Shown piece by piece: positions 19,801-30,048 of a stretch of 64,000 nt of DNA. The stretch is from Acidobacteriota bacterium (GTDB taxonomy: Bacteria > Acidobacteriota > Blastocatellia > Pyrinomonadales > Pyrinomonadaceae): NCBI GenBank assembly GCA_032230645.1, contig JAVXWN010000054.1, forward strand, positions 1,511 through 65,510. The letters are read 5' to 3'. Within the stretch, counting starts at the first letter, position 1; every line of letters begins with the position of its first letter. The position numbers and the translations under genes were made by a program. Below the pieces are notes generated by a model. That model had not been told where the DNA came from, made no database searches, and was given only the letters and a program-made list of their open reading frames with translations.

Positions 19801-20226
19801 GGGCAGGTGGTGGCTTCACCCTTCCAGATGGCGAGAGTCGCAGCGACCGTTGCCGCGGGTGGGCGCATGCCTTACGGGCGATGGGTGACGGACGATAGCA
19901 ACCAGCGCGTGCAACCGCCGCAAGAGGTAATCGACGCAGCCGCCGCGTCGTTCCTGGCGCAGGCTATGCGCTCCGTAATCACCCAGGGCACCGCGACTCG
20001 GCTGCGCGACACTAAGTCACAGGTCGCGGGCAAAACCGGCACGGCCGAGTTGGAAGGCCAGGACTCGCACTCGTGGTTCATCGGCTTCGCCCCCTATGAC
20101 AAGAACTCGTCCAGCCGCATAGCTTTTAGCGTCATCATAGAGAACGGAGGCTACGGCGGGCGCGCGGCCGTGCCCGCGGCGGGCGCGCTCGTCAACGCCG
20201 CCCGCGAATTGGAGATCATTCATTAA
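16852..20226 (+). CDS. SEDS (FtsW/RodA) glycosyltransferase fused to a class B penicillin-binding transpeptidase
   Basis: 1124 aa. SEDS motifs ASHTDFVITALGEEVGFAG and PLSGVVSPFISYGRTSM, then a TM segment, then transpeptidase motifs STFK, SCN and KTGT. The TTG start overlaps the kinase stop as TTGA. Confidence 0.88.
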   Translation: MIRIHRTVADKGASRLPKRARESSRWRELFGLLLSSFVIATGLFLVYQAKTKRPTPFDEASAMLKDGRLLNLNQAPSRESLLPFLSAIENPADRQFAAEKLYAFLKDPRTGELPNVGALTRARADAAEITSRPGLKDYREELERLRQRDAERVKAGRSPAAESKVSVIAQVSELKPSFVVRTPEEFRRSFLVWSALCFLGAFAVHFAWRARKFEGDQTLLPMVQLLSGIGLILMVSLRDPLRDSLSLENFGQGILAGYAVLFAASATDVSKRFGRSRYVPLLIGLALSVALILFGSGPGSSDAKVNLLGFQPVEAIKILVVLFLAGYFAKEWEVIRLLKEKRLGGAGARLNVPRLDYVLPVVVAMGLVLLFFFLQKDLGPALILSCLFLTLYGVARQRVMMVAFGLLMMLAGFYVSSHFAISHTVADRIQIWLSPWDNNVRGGDQLVQGLWSLATGGVSGMGLGLGDPGLVPASHTDFVITALGEEVGFAGLLVLFLLYAALIYKGVVIALRSADPYAFFLALGLTLLTALQILLISLGVFGLIPLSGVVSPFISYGRTSMIANFAIVGILLSLSARPGEGEQRDFKTPVRWVMACLGVLTVVLVARAAYVQSYRGDEILVASALAPQADGVRRYQYNPRILQVARTLPRGSIYDRNGIPLATSRREELEQHRQDYERLLGVKLEDVCGRGEGRCYPFGASMFHLLGDERTRLNWAATNTAYIERDSSTRLQGYDDYAQRVELKDPETGRTNVVLRRDYRELIPLLRYRYRPDDESVKRILERERDVRTSVDIRLQLRAAQILRDQLRATDRDKGAMVVLDADTGDLLASVSYPTLDARPPALATPDGAAEELESALLDRARFGLYPPGSTFKIVTAVAALRKDPGLAKKTFDCVGLGDGRVGNTVRGWNRPIRDDKGDSAHGHVNMERGITVSCNAYFAQLGTYEVGPEALFSTASLFGVSVASPNTAAKLREAIPQSSYGQGQVVASPFQMARVAATVAAGGRMPYGRWVTDDSNQRVQPPQEVIDAAAASFLAQAMRSVITQGTATRLRDTKSQVAGKTGTAELEGQDSHSWFIGFAPYDKNSSSRIAFSVIIENGGYGGRAAVPAAGALVNAARELEIIH

Positions 20227-20241
20227 GGGAAGGGTACACGC

Positions 20242-21042
20242 GTGAGTATTTTCGAGAAGTTGGAGAAGGCCATCGAGAAGGTGATCGGGGGCGGGCGCGA
20301 CCGGCATCGCGAGCCGCTAGAGATCAGTCGGGCGATCATCAACGAGCTTGAGAGTAAGATTACCCCCCTCGATGGCGGCAGGCGCGTCTTCCCGTACACG
20401 CGCGTCACCGTGCGCCTGTACGCAGGCGACGCGGAGCGCCGCGCGATCTATGAGGTAGCCTTCATCAACGAGCGTCTGCTTGAGAGGAGTATACGCGAGC
20501 ACCTGCGCGCGCCTAAGTGCGAGACACCGGTCGGGCTCTTGATAAACGTCCTAATCGAGGAGACAAGCCCGCCCGACCTTATAGCACAGGGATACGCCTT
20601 AGAGTATGGGAGCAGCGCCCCGCAGCAGGATCCCGCGCCGGTCATCACGAGCCCCCTCCTCATGGTGGTGCAGGGCATCGCCCAGACCTCCGAGTACCGC
20701 ATCGCCAAGAGGCGGACGAACATCGGCAGGCAGGCCGAAGTGCACGACACCGAAGGCCGGCCGTTCCGGCGCAACGACCTCGCGTTCCTGAACGACAACA
20801 ACGAGGTCAACCAGACCGTCTCCAAAGTCCAAGCGCACATTGAGTACAACCCGCAGACGGGGGAGTACAGGCTCTACGACGATGAAAGCGCCTTCGGCAC
20901 GCTGATCATCCGAGAGGACGGCCGGCGGGTCGACGTTACCAAACATCTCGGCTCGGCCCTGCGTCCCGGCGACGAAATCTACTTCGGTCAGGCGCGCGTG
21001 CTCTTCAAAAATGAGAAGGACGAGAAGGGTAAGGACGGATGA
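20242..21042 (+). CDS. FhaA-like protein (FhaA N-terminal-type domain plus a C-terminal FHA domain)
   Basis: The N-terminus MSIFEKLEKAIEKVIGG...EISRAIINELE resembles the FhaA N-domain. The C-terminal FHA signature is TNIGRQ...ND...VSKVQAHI...DDESAFGT. Confidence 0.75.
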   Translation: MSIFEKLEKAIEKVIGGGRDRHREPLEISRAIINELESKITPLDGGRRVFPYTRVTVRLYAGDAERRAIYEVAFINERLLERSIREHLRAPKCETPVGLLINVLIEETSPPDLIAQGYALEYGSSAPQQDPAPVITSPLLMVVQGIAQTSEYRIAKRRTNIGRQAEVHDTEGRPFRRNDLAFLNDNNEVNQTVSKVQAHIEYNPQTGEYRLYDDESAFGTLIIREDGRRVDVTKHLGSALRPGDEIYFGQARVLFKNEKDEKGKDG

Positions 21043-21314
21043 AACATAGGCCGGTGCCTCCCACGTCCTCGCCCTCCGCCCGATCTTCACGGCAGATCGA
21101 AAGTCGCCGCAGGCGAAACGGCGCAGCCTGCGCTCATCCCTCGCAATAATTGTAAGTTACTTAGCTCTTCTCATAACCACGGAAGGGCGCGGACTAACCA
21201 ACGTTTCTTACGAAAGCCGTTCCGGTTTCTTCATTCTCTTGTCGGCATATTTGAGTACATACCGAGCAATCTGGAGAATGCCAATACACCATTCCACAGC
21301 GACTCTATTCTTAC

Positions 21315-21659
21315 TCACCGCTTCTTAGCACGCCTTGCAGTCTTAACCTTAGATGTATGCCTCACCACTCCGTGCATCGGATCAGGGGCAAGCTTATCCG
21401 GCAAGTCCTGCTCGTCATCGATGAGCAATTCGACATTCACGCCTGCCACCCTTGCGTAGCGAAGCAAGTGCGGCAGCGCAGGCTCCCTAGACCACTTGTC
21501 ATCGGGTTCGCGCTCGAAGGCGCTGACGTCCGACTGCTTTAACTCATCCAGCAGACCTAGTCGACTCACCATCTCCGCCTGAGACAAACCATAAGCCTCG
21601 CGTATCTGCCGGAGCTTCTCGTGCAGGCGCAGAGCGCGCGGCCTCTTACGACTTCCCAT
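21315..21659 (-). CDS. XRE-family helix-turn-helix transcriptional regulator
   Basis: LRQIREAYGLSQAEMVSRLG is an HTH_3-like segment. The ATG at 21657..21659 is preceded by a GGAGG ribosome-binding site about 9 nt upstream (rc of the cctcc at 21669..21673). Confidence 0.7.
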   Translation of the reverse strand: MGSRKRPRALRLHEKLRQIREAYGLSQAEMVSRLGLLDELKQSDVSAFEREPDDKWSREPALPHLLRYARVAGVNVELLIDDEQDLPDKLAPDPMHGVVRHTSKVKTARRAKKR

Positions 21660-21711
21660 CAGAAGTAACCTCCTCCGATGGGAAGATTGCGCGAAGAGCA
21701 TCCAAGCTTAG

Positions 21712-21748
21712 CACTCTAATTGTCTTGCGCAATACTTCAATTAGAGTT
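21712..21748. promoter_or_regulatory. inverted repeat CACTCTAATTG ... CAATTAGAGTT, a candidate operator in the XRE / bPH divergent region
   Basis: CTCTAATTG at 21714..21722 and its reverse complement at 21738..21746. The 11-mer AACTCTAATTG recurs at 23021..23031. Confidence 0.5.
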
Positions 21749-21920
21749 ATAGTGTCGCCTCGAACCGATCCCGCCGTGGTCCCTGTCTTTAGTTCCGCGA
21801 CGGCTCTCATTACCGGTTGAGTTGTCGAGCCACTTCACGCATTGCTCTAGCGATACGAATTGTCAAAGACGTGATCTGGAATAACGAGCCGGTAAGAATA
21901 GCAGAATTTACGCCGATGGT

Positions 21921-22421
21921 GTGAAACGTATGGCATTGGACGCTGCCATGCACTCTCATTCGGATGCGGTCCTCGTGGATCGCCCCGTCACGCGCCGGAC
22001 CGCATCCATTATGCTGGCCCTCGCCGCCGTCACCGTGGTCTGTGCGGCAATATTCGCCGTGTGCCTGCTACAAACTAATCCCGGTGACTCCTCCTGGACA
22101 TGGGTTTTCGGGATCGCAACGTGCGCACTTCTCATCATTACAACCGGCATGGCGCTGGATTTCGCTAGGCTTTACTCCGAGAAATATGTAGTGACACCAG
22201 AAGCCATCGAAATCACAAGCGGTATCCTGCGGCGCGACTCGCGCAAGATCCCTTTAGCCAATGTTCTGGATGTGACTTCCAACAACTCATTCGACCGGCG
22301 GTTGTTCGGCGTTGGGAACATTACGATCGCAATCGCCAACGGCGACCGCATCACGCTTGAGGACGTCACTGACCCCCACGGTAAGATGGAAATCCTCTGG
22401 CAGTTGGTTCACAAGAAGTGA
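21921..22421 (+). CDS. membrane protein with a bacterial PH domain (bPH_2 / YdbS-YdbT-like)
   Basis: Two TM helices followed by YVVTPEAIEITSGILRRDSRKIPLANVLDVTSNNSFDRRLFGVGNITI. Confidence 0.6.
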   Translation: MKRMALDAAMHSHSDAVLVDRPVTRRTASIMLALAAVTVVCAAIFAVCLLQTNPGDSSWTWVFGIATCALLIITTGMALDFARLYSEKYVVTPEAIEITSGILRRDSRKIPLANVLDVTSNNSFDRRLFGVGNITIAIANGDRITLEDVTDPHGKMEILWQLVHKK

Positions 22422-22445
22422 ACCAAGGAGTAGAAAAGGAGACGC

Positions 22446-22745
22446 ATGTTCAGGAAACGATGGCGGCTTACTGCATCACTTATGGTCATCGCGGCGCTTG
22501 CTGGCGGAGTGGCTTCGAGCGGCCTCCCCTTTCTAGCTCAGGAAGCTCAAGCTCAGCGAAATACGGCGACTCCCAAAACGTCGGTGCACAAGTGGGAATA
22601 TCAGGTCTATATCGCGCCAGGGCCGCAAGATCTGTCCGACAAAGCCAACCAACTCGGCGACGAGGGGTGGGAGCTAACAAACGTTATCACGGACGAGCGC
22701 ATCGTCAGTCGCTACATCGGGTACTTCAAACGTCCGAAGCAATAG
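22446..22745 (+). CDS. small secreted DUF4177-like protein
   Basis: Signal peptide followed by WEYQVY...LGDEGWELTNVI. Confidence 0.5.
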   Translation: MFRKRWRLTASLMVIAALAGGVASSGLPFLAQEAQAQRNTATPKTSVHKWEYQVYIAPGPQDLSDKANQLGDEGWELTNVITDERIVSRYIGYFKRPKQ

Positions 22746-23020
22746 CGATAAGGAGAGAAATAGGCGCTCATACGCCATTGTCTTTCTCGCTATCGAGCAA
22801 GTTAGGCACGGGCTCCCTCTTGGGGCGAATGGAGCCATCTGTGCCGGGACCGCCGCACCCATAGAGGGGGTGACCGCGAGTGCGGCGGTCTCTCAACTAT
22901 CAGACTTTCAGTCCTCCCTTTTCCGCGGCCCCTACCACCCTCTGGCGACACCGTCTCTTTGAAACTGAGAACGGTGTTTCTAACACGCAAAATCCACCAT
23001 AAAAATTTCGCTACCCAATC

Positions 23021-23031
23021 AACTCTAATTG
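23021..23031 (+). promoter_or_regulatory. third copy of the AACTCTAATTG motif, upstream of the ORF144-tnsD operon
   Basis: An exact 11-mer match to the reverse complement of 21738..21748. Confidence 0.45.
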
Positions 23032-23163
23032 GAGTATTATGCGCGCCTCAAGGTGGTTGCATACGCGCAACAGCGTACAACACACAAGACAAGCGGTGAT
23101 TATCACCGTGGTCAGCGTTGAATCTCCACTGTAGCCCAACCGCCTGCCCTCCCGAGCGACTCC

Positions 23164-23598
23164 ATGCCGGAAGCAGCTACTGAGAACGATTCCCTACCGG
23201 ATGTGCAGCCCGTAAGCGTCGATGACTTCATCGAGCGGGCGCGAAAAGCTCAGGAAAAGCGAGATAAAAACACCCAACAAAATAAGCGAAATGATGATGA
23301 GGACGACGCCCCGAAGGCGACGCAAGAAGCCTTACCCCGCAATCCAAACACGGGAAACGGACAAGCTTCCGCCGACACACCAACTCAAGGCACTCCGGAC
23401 GAAGCCTCATCTCTCGATCCGCCGAAGCAGATACGGATGAGAAGGCCCAAGAAGAGCAAGGAAGTGTACCCGGAAGGTGACCTACGGGGCGGGATGGCGA
23501 AGGGCGTCGACTCAGGGACTACTCCATACGAATCCCTCCGGCAAGCTGGTCACATTGCTCCCGAAACTGAGTTCGTCCCTGCGGAGGAAACATCATGA
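23164..23598 (+). CDS. hypothetical charged low-complexity protein, translationally coupled to the tnsD-like gene
   Basis: 144 aa. The stop overlaps the next ATG as ATGA (23595..23598), and a GGAGGAAA ribosome-binding site for the downstream gene sits inside its 3' end. I recognise no family. Confidence 0.4.
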   Translation: MPEAATENDSLPDVQPVSVDDFIERARKAQEKRDKNTQQNKRNDDEDDAPKATQEALPRNPNTGNGQASADTPTQGTPDEASSLDPPKQIRMRRPKKSKEVYPEGDLRGGMAKGVDSGTTPYESLRQAGHIAPETEFVPAEETS

Positions 23599-25568
23599 GC
23601 GGCTTCTTCCCCGAGCTTTACCCAGATGAAACGCTCCATAGCGCCTGCTCGCGCTACCATGCCCGGGCAGGATATCGAACTCGGGAGGCGACCGGGCGTG
23701 ACCTACTTCGTGCCGAAAGGCTAAAAGTCGCGATTGACTTGCCTTCGAACCTCAATGCCTTAGTCGCCTCACTTCCGCCGGGGCACCGATACACCGTCGA
23801 TTATTTCATCGGCAGGCACACGCTGCTGCCCTTCTACGCCCCGTTCCTGCCACCTGAGCGTGTCACAACCCTACGCGCCGACATGCGCGGTTCTGGCAGC
23901 GGTTCGATCCACGGTCGCATCGGGATTCTCACTAGCGGGATCGGCCCTGAGCAGTTGCGCTTTTGCCCGGAGTGCGTCCGAGCAGATCGGGAAAAATACG
24001 ACGATGGGACGTACTGGCACCGTCTACATCAAACACCGGGAGTCGAAGTCTGCCACCTGCATGGCATCTTCTTACAGGACAGCGGCGTTCATTACAGGCA
24101 CCGGAGCCATCATGACTCCTTCGTCGCGGCGGAACAGGCTGTCAGCCTTAAAGGCATGCGCTTCGTTGATGCTCAGAATAAAAATCATCAGGTGTTGTTA
24201 AAGATCGCCACCGACGCTGCATGGCTCCTTGGCCAAGAAAGGTTGTTAGCCGAGTCAGAGAATGCCAATCGCGAGAGGTATATCGAACTGCTTTTTCACA
24301 AGGGGCTCTCGACCTACCCCGGCACGGTGAGCACAAGACTACTTATAGAAAGCTTGAAAGCATTCTACTCGCCCGCGTTACTCGGACAGATAGCGTGTCC
24401 GATCGAGGCGAAATATAACTGGGCACATCGGCTCGTACACAACACGCGCGGGGCGCAACACCCCCTCCAGCACCTATTGCTTATGCAGTTCCTGAACGTC
24501 ACCGCGGAAGATTTCTTCTGCCTCCCCGGCAAGCGGCAACCGTTCGGCGAAGGGCCGTGGCCCTGCCTCAACCCAGTAAGCGACCATTTCGGTAAAGAGT
24601 TGATAGCCGAGTACGAGGTGTCATCGATCACGCAACGAAATGGGCGTCGCCCGCGAGCAACCTTTTGCTGTGACCATTGCGAGTACACCTATTATCGGGT
24701 AGGCCCCGACCTTGCAGATGAAGACCGCCGGAATTCGCACGGCGTTATTACCTTCGGACATGTTTGGGATGAGAAACTGAAGCGGGCCTTCGCTGAAAGT
24801 GCAGATCATAAGCAGTTACTTGATCGCTTCGGTGTCAAACAGCACACGCTCGACAAACAACTTATTCGCCTCGGACTGGTAGCAATAAGAGAGACGGGAG
24901 GCTGTGCAAAAGTGGATGGGCGACATCGAAGAGCGCTCTCGCCAGAGCAGGAACATGAACTCAGAGAAGGTCACAGAAAAGCTTGGCGGGAGGTTTTGAG
25001 AGCGAACCCCGAACTGGGGCGGAGCGCTCTTAGAGGAAAGGCACCCGACCATTACATCTGGCTATACCAGCATGATCTTGAGTGGTTAAAGGTACACCTG
25101 CCAGAGCGGCAAAACCCGAGCGGACCTAAAGAGCGGATAGACTGGCCCACGCGGGATGCGGAAATGGCACTATCAGTGAAGCAAGAGGCAGAAAAACTAC
25201 GGCACATGCCAGGCCGCCCGGTCAGGATTTCGGAGACAAGGCTCGCCAAAGGGACTGGCAAACTGACCATCATCAGTAAACACGGAGATAAGTTACCGCT
25301 TACACTCAAAGCCCTTGAAGAGGTATCCGAGACGGTCGAGCAGTACGCCGTAAGGCGAGTAAAGTGGGCAGCAGCGTGTTTCCGCGCAGAAGGCATTCGT
25401 CCATCACGAGGAAAACTTCAAATTCGCGCAACCGTCAGCCATCAAATAGTCATTCGTCCAAAAGTTGAGCAGGCAATGGACAAAGCTTTGAGCGCACTCG
25501 ACCCGAGAGACCTCCAAAAGCCGGAGGCCTCCCACGAGCGCAGCATAACAACAGATAAAAGCCGATAA
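23595..25568 (+). CDS. tnsD: TnsD/TniQ-family transposition target-selection protein
   Basis: Colinear with Tn7 TnsD landmarks as I recall them: FPELYPDETLHS, LPSNL, HTLLPFYAPF, FCPECV...YWHRLHQTPGVEVCHLHG (a CCCH zinc-finger pattern). There is a second cluster, PWPCLNPV...FCCDHCEY. Confidence 0.85.
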   Translation: MSGFFPELYPDETLHSACSRYHARAGYRTREATGRDLLRAERLKVAIDLPSNLNALVASLPPGHRYTVDYFIGRHTLLPFYAPFLPPERVTTLRADMRGSGSGSIHGRIGILTSGIGPEQLRFCPECVRADREKYDDGTYWHRLHQTPGVEVCHLHGIFLQDSGVHYRHRSHHDSFVAAEQAVSLKGMRFVDAQNKNHQVLLKIATDAAWLLGQERLLAESENANRERYIELLFHKGLSTYPGTVSTRLLIESLKAFYSPALLGQIACPIEAKYNWAHRLVHNTRGAQHPLQHLLLMQFLNVTAEDFFCLPGKRQPFGEGPWPCLNPVSDHFGKELIAEYEVSSITQRNGRRPRATFCCDHCEYTYYRVGPDLADEDRRNSHGVITFGHVWDEKLKRAFAESADHKQLLDRFGVKQHTLDKQLIRLGLVAIRETGGCAKVDGRHRRALSPEQEHELREGHRKAWREVLRANPELGRSALRGKAPDHYIWLYQHDLEWLKVHLPERQNPSGPKERIDWPTRDAEMALSVKQEAEKLRHMPGRPVRISETRLAKGTGKLTIISKHGDKLPLTLKALEEVSETVEQYAVRRVKWAAACFRAEGIRPSRGKLQIRATVSHQIVIRPKVEQAMDKALSALDPRDLQKPEASHERSITTDKSR

Positions 25569-25699
25569 GTAGATAACATTATTACCAGTGAAGAACGGTC
25601 GCCACGCTTTTAATTTCTTTGACCTATGACAACTATTTGTGTAAAGTGCCGCATAAAGAAGCAAATTGATTAAAGGCGGAGACAAATTAGTCTTCTAAG

Positions 25700-25853
25700 A
25701 GGAGAAGTTCACGTATTTAATGTCGCGGGAAAAATGAGCGCGGCTGCTGGACCGTGAAAAGTTCACCTAAGTAGTCATCAAGGGTCGAGACACCAGAAAA
25801 GAAAATAAAGGACTTATCGACGCAAAAGTTCAGGTTATTATTGTACCGATTCA
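25700..25853 (-). repeat. L-like end: terminal inverted repeat plus dispersed GTGAACTT-type repeats
   Basis: Reverse-complement reads: TGAATCGGTACAATAATAACCT (25832..25853), GAACTTTTGCG (adjacent), GGTGAACTTTTCAC (about 25755..25768) and CGTGAACTTCTCC (about 25701..25713). Confidence 0.6.
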
Positions 25854-25858
25854 CGAGG
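25854..25858. repeat. right copy of the 5-bp target-site duplication CGAGG
   Basis: See 8587..8591. Confidence 0.6.
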
Positions 25859-25871
25859 CCAGCGCTGGTTA

Positions 25872-25897
25872 CGAGCAGCATATGTTAAACTCGACGT

Positions 25898-25907
<10 letters not shown>
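25872..25907 (+). promoter_or_regulatory. 11-bp perfect hairpin that includes the recF start codon
   Basis: CGAGCAGCATA (25872..25882) pairs with TATGCTGCTCG (25897..25907), with a 14-nt loop. The recF ATG is at 25898. Confidence 0.5.
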
Positions 25908-29559
<3,652 letters not shown>

Positions 29560-29568
29560 GATTAGTCG

Positions 29569-29617
29569 CACGAGCGGACAGGGTGTGAATCTATTTGACA
29601 CACCCTGTCTGCTCGTG
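29569..29617 (+). repeat. 19-bp-stem hairpin directly after the gyrB stop
   Basis: CACGAGCGGACAGGGTGTG / CACACCCTGTCTGCTCGTG with one G-U position and an 11-nt loop. No T-run follows. Confidence 0.7.
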
Positions 29618-29650
29618 TAGAATGAAGACCCTTTCCTCCTGTGGATATTG

Positions 29651-29687
29651 CCGCTGCATGCATCTCGCGTATGCAGCGGTATTTTTT
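29651..29687 (+). terminator. rho-independent terminator of gyrB
   Basis: CCGCTGCAT ... ATGCAGCGG stem followed by TATTTTTT. Confidence 0.75.
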
Positions 29688-29776
29688 GTGGAAGAATCCG
29701 TTTCGGAAATACCTTTCCAATTACTGATAGCATTAACAAAAATGAAGCTCCCGGAAAAATATTTCCCTCCAAGTTG

Positions 29777-30022
29777 TCATTCCTCTTTAGATAGAGCGCC
29801 ATCGACTTGTTCATCCAGATCGATTCGGCGCGATTTTGTGGCCCCCAACTCGTTATAGCGACCGCCCGGCGCGAATTGACCGGATTCGCCGACATCGAGT
29901 GCGCGCTCATCATTCGCCGGGTTAATGTCTTCAATCGGGTCAGGCGTCGCGTCGGGTTTGAGTTCATGGTCGGCGTTCTTCTCGCCGAGAGAGCTTTTCG
30001 TCTCGTTCAAATCTGGCATCAT
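29777..30022 (-). CDS. small acidic hypothetical protein
   Basis: The ORF has a GAGGAGG ribosome-binding site directly upstream of ATGATG. I recognise no family. Confidence 0.3.
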   Translation of the reverse strand: MMPDLNETKSSLGEKNADHELKPDATPDPIEDINPANDERALDVGESGQFAPGGRYNELGATKSRRIDLDEQVDGALSKEE

Positions 30023-30048
30023 CTTCCTCCTCATTCAGGATTAAAGGG

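Larger units (their letters stand above)
8592..25853 (+). mobile_element. Tn7-like transposon-derived element inserted between dnaN and recF; no tnsA/B/C, probably defective or non-autonomous
   Basis: About 25 of 29 terminal positions match: TGAATTGGTACAATAATTAGCCGAACTTT versus rc TGAATCGGTACAATAATAACCTGAACTTT. The ends are TG...CA. There are repeated GAACTTT-type subterminal sites at both ends, a 5-bp duplication, and an internal TnsD-like gene on the same strand as dnaN. Confidence 0.6.

Noticed and set aside
21148-21172. CGCAATAATTGTAAGTTAC at the right border of the GC-rich block resembles the transposon terminus (ATTATTGTACC).
   Set aside because: Only about 8-9 nt are similar. There are no adjacent GAACTTT repeats and no matching duplication, so this is probably chance.
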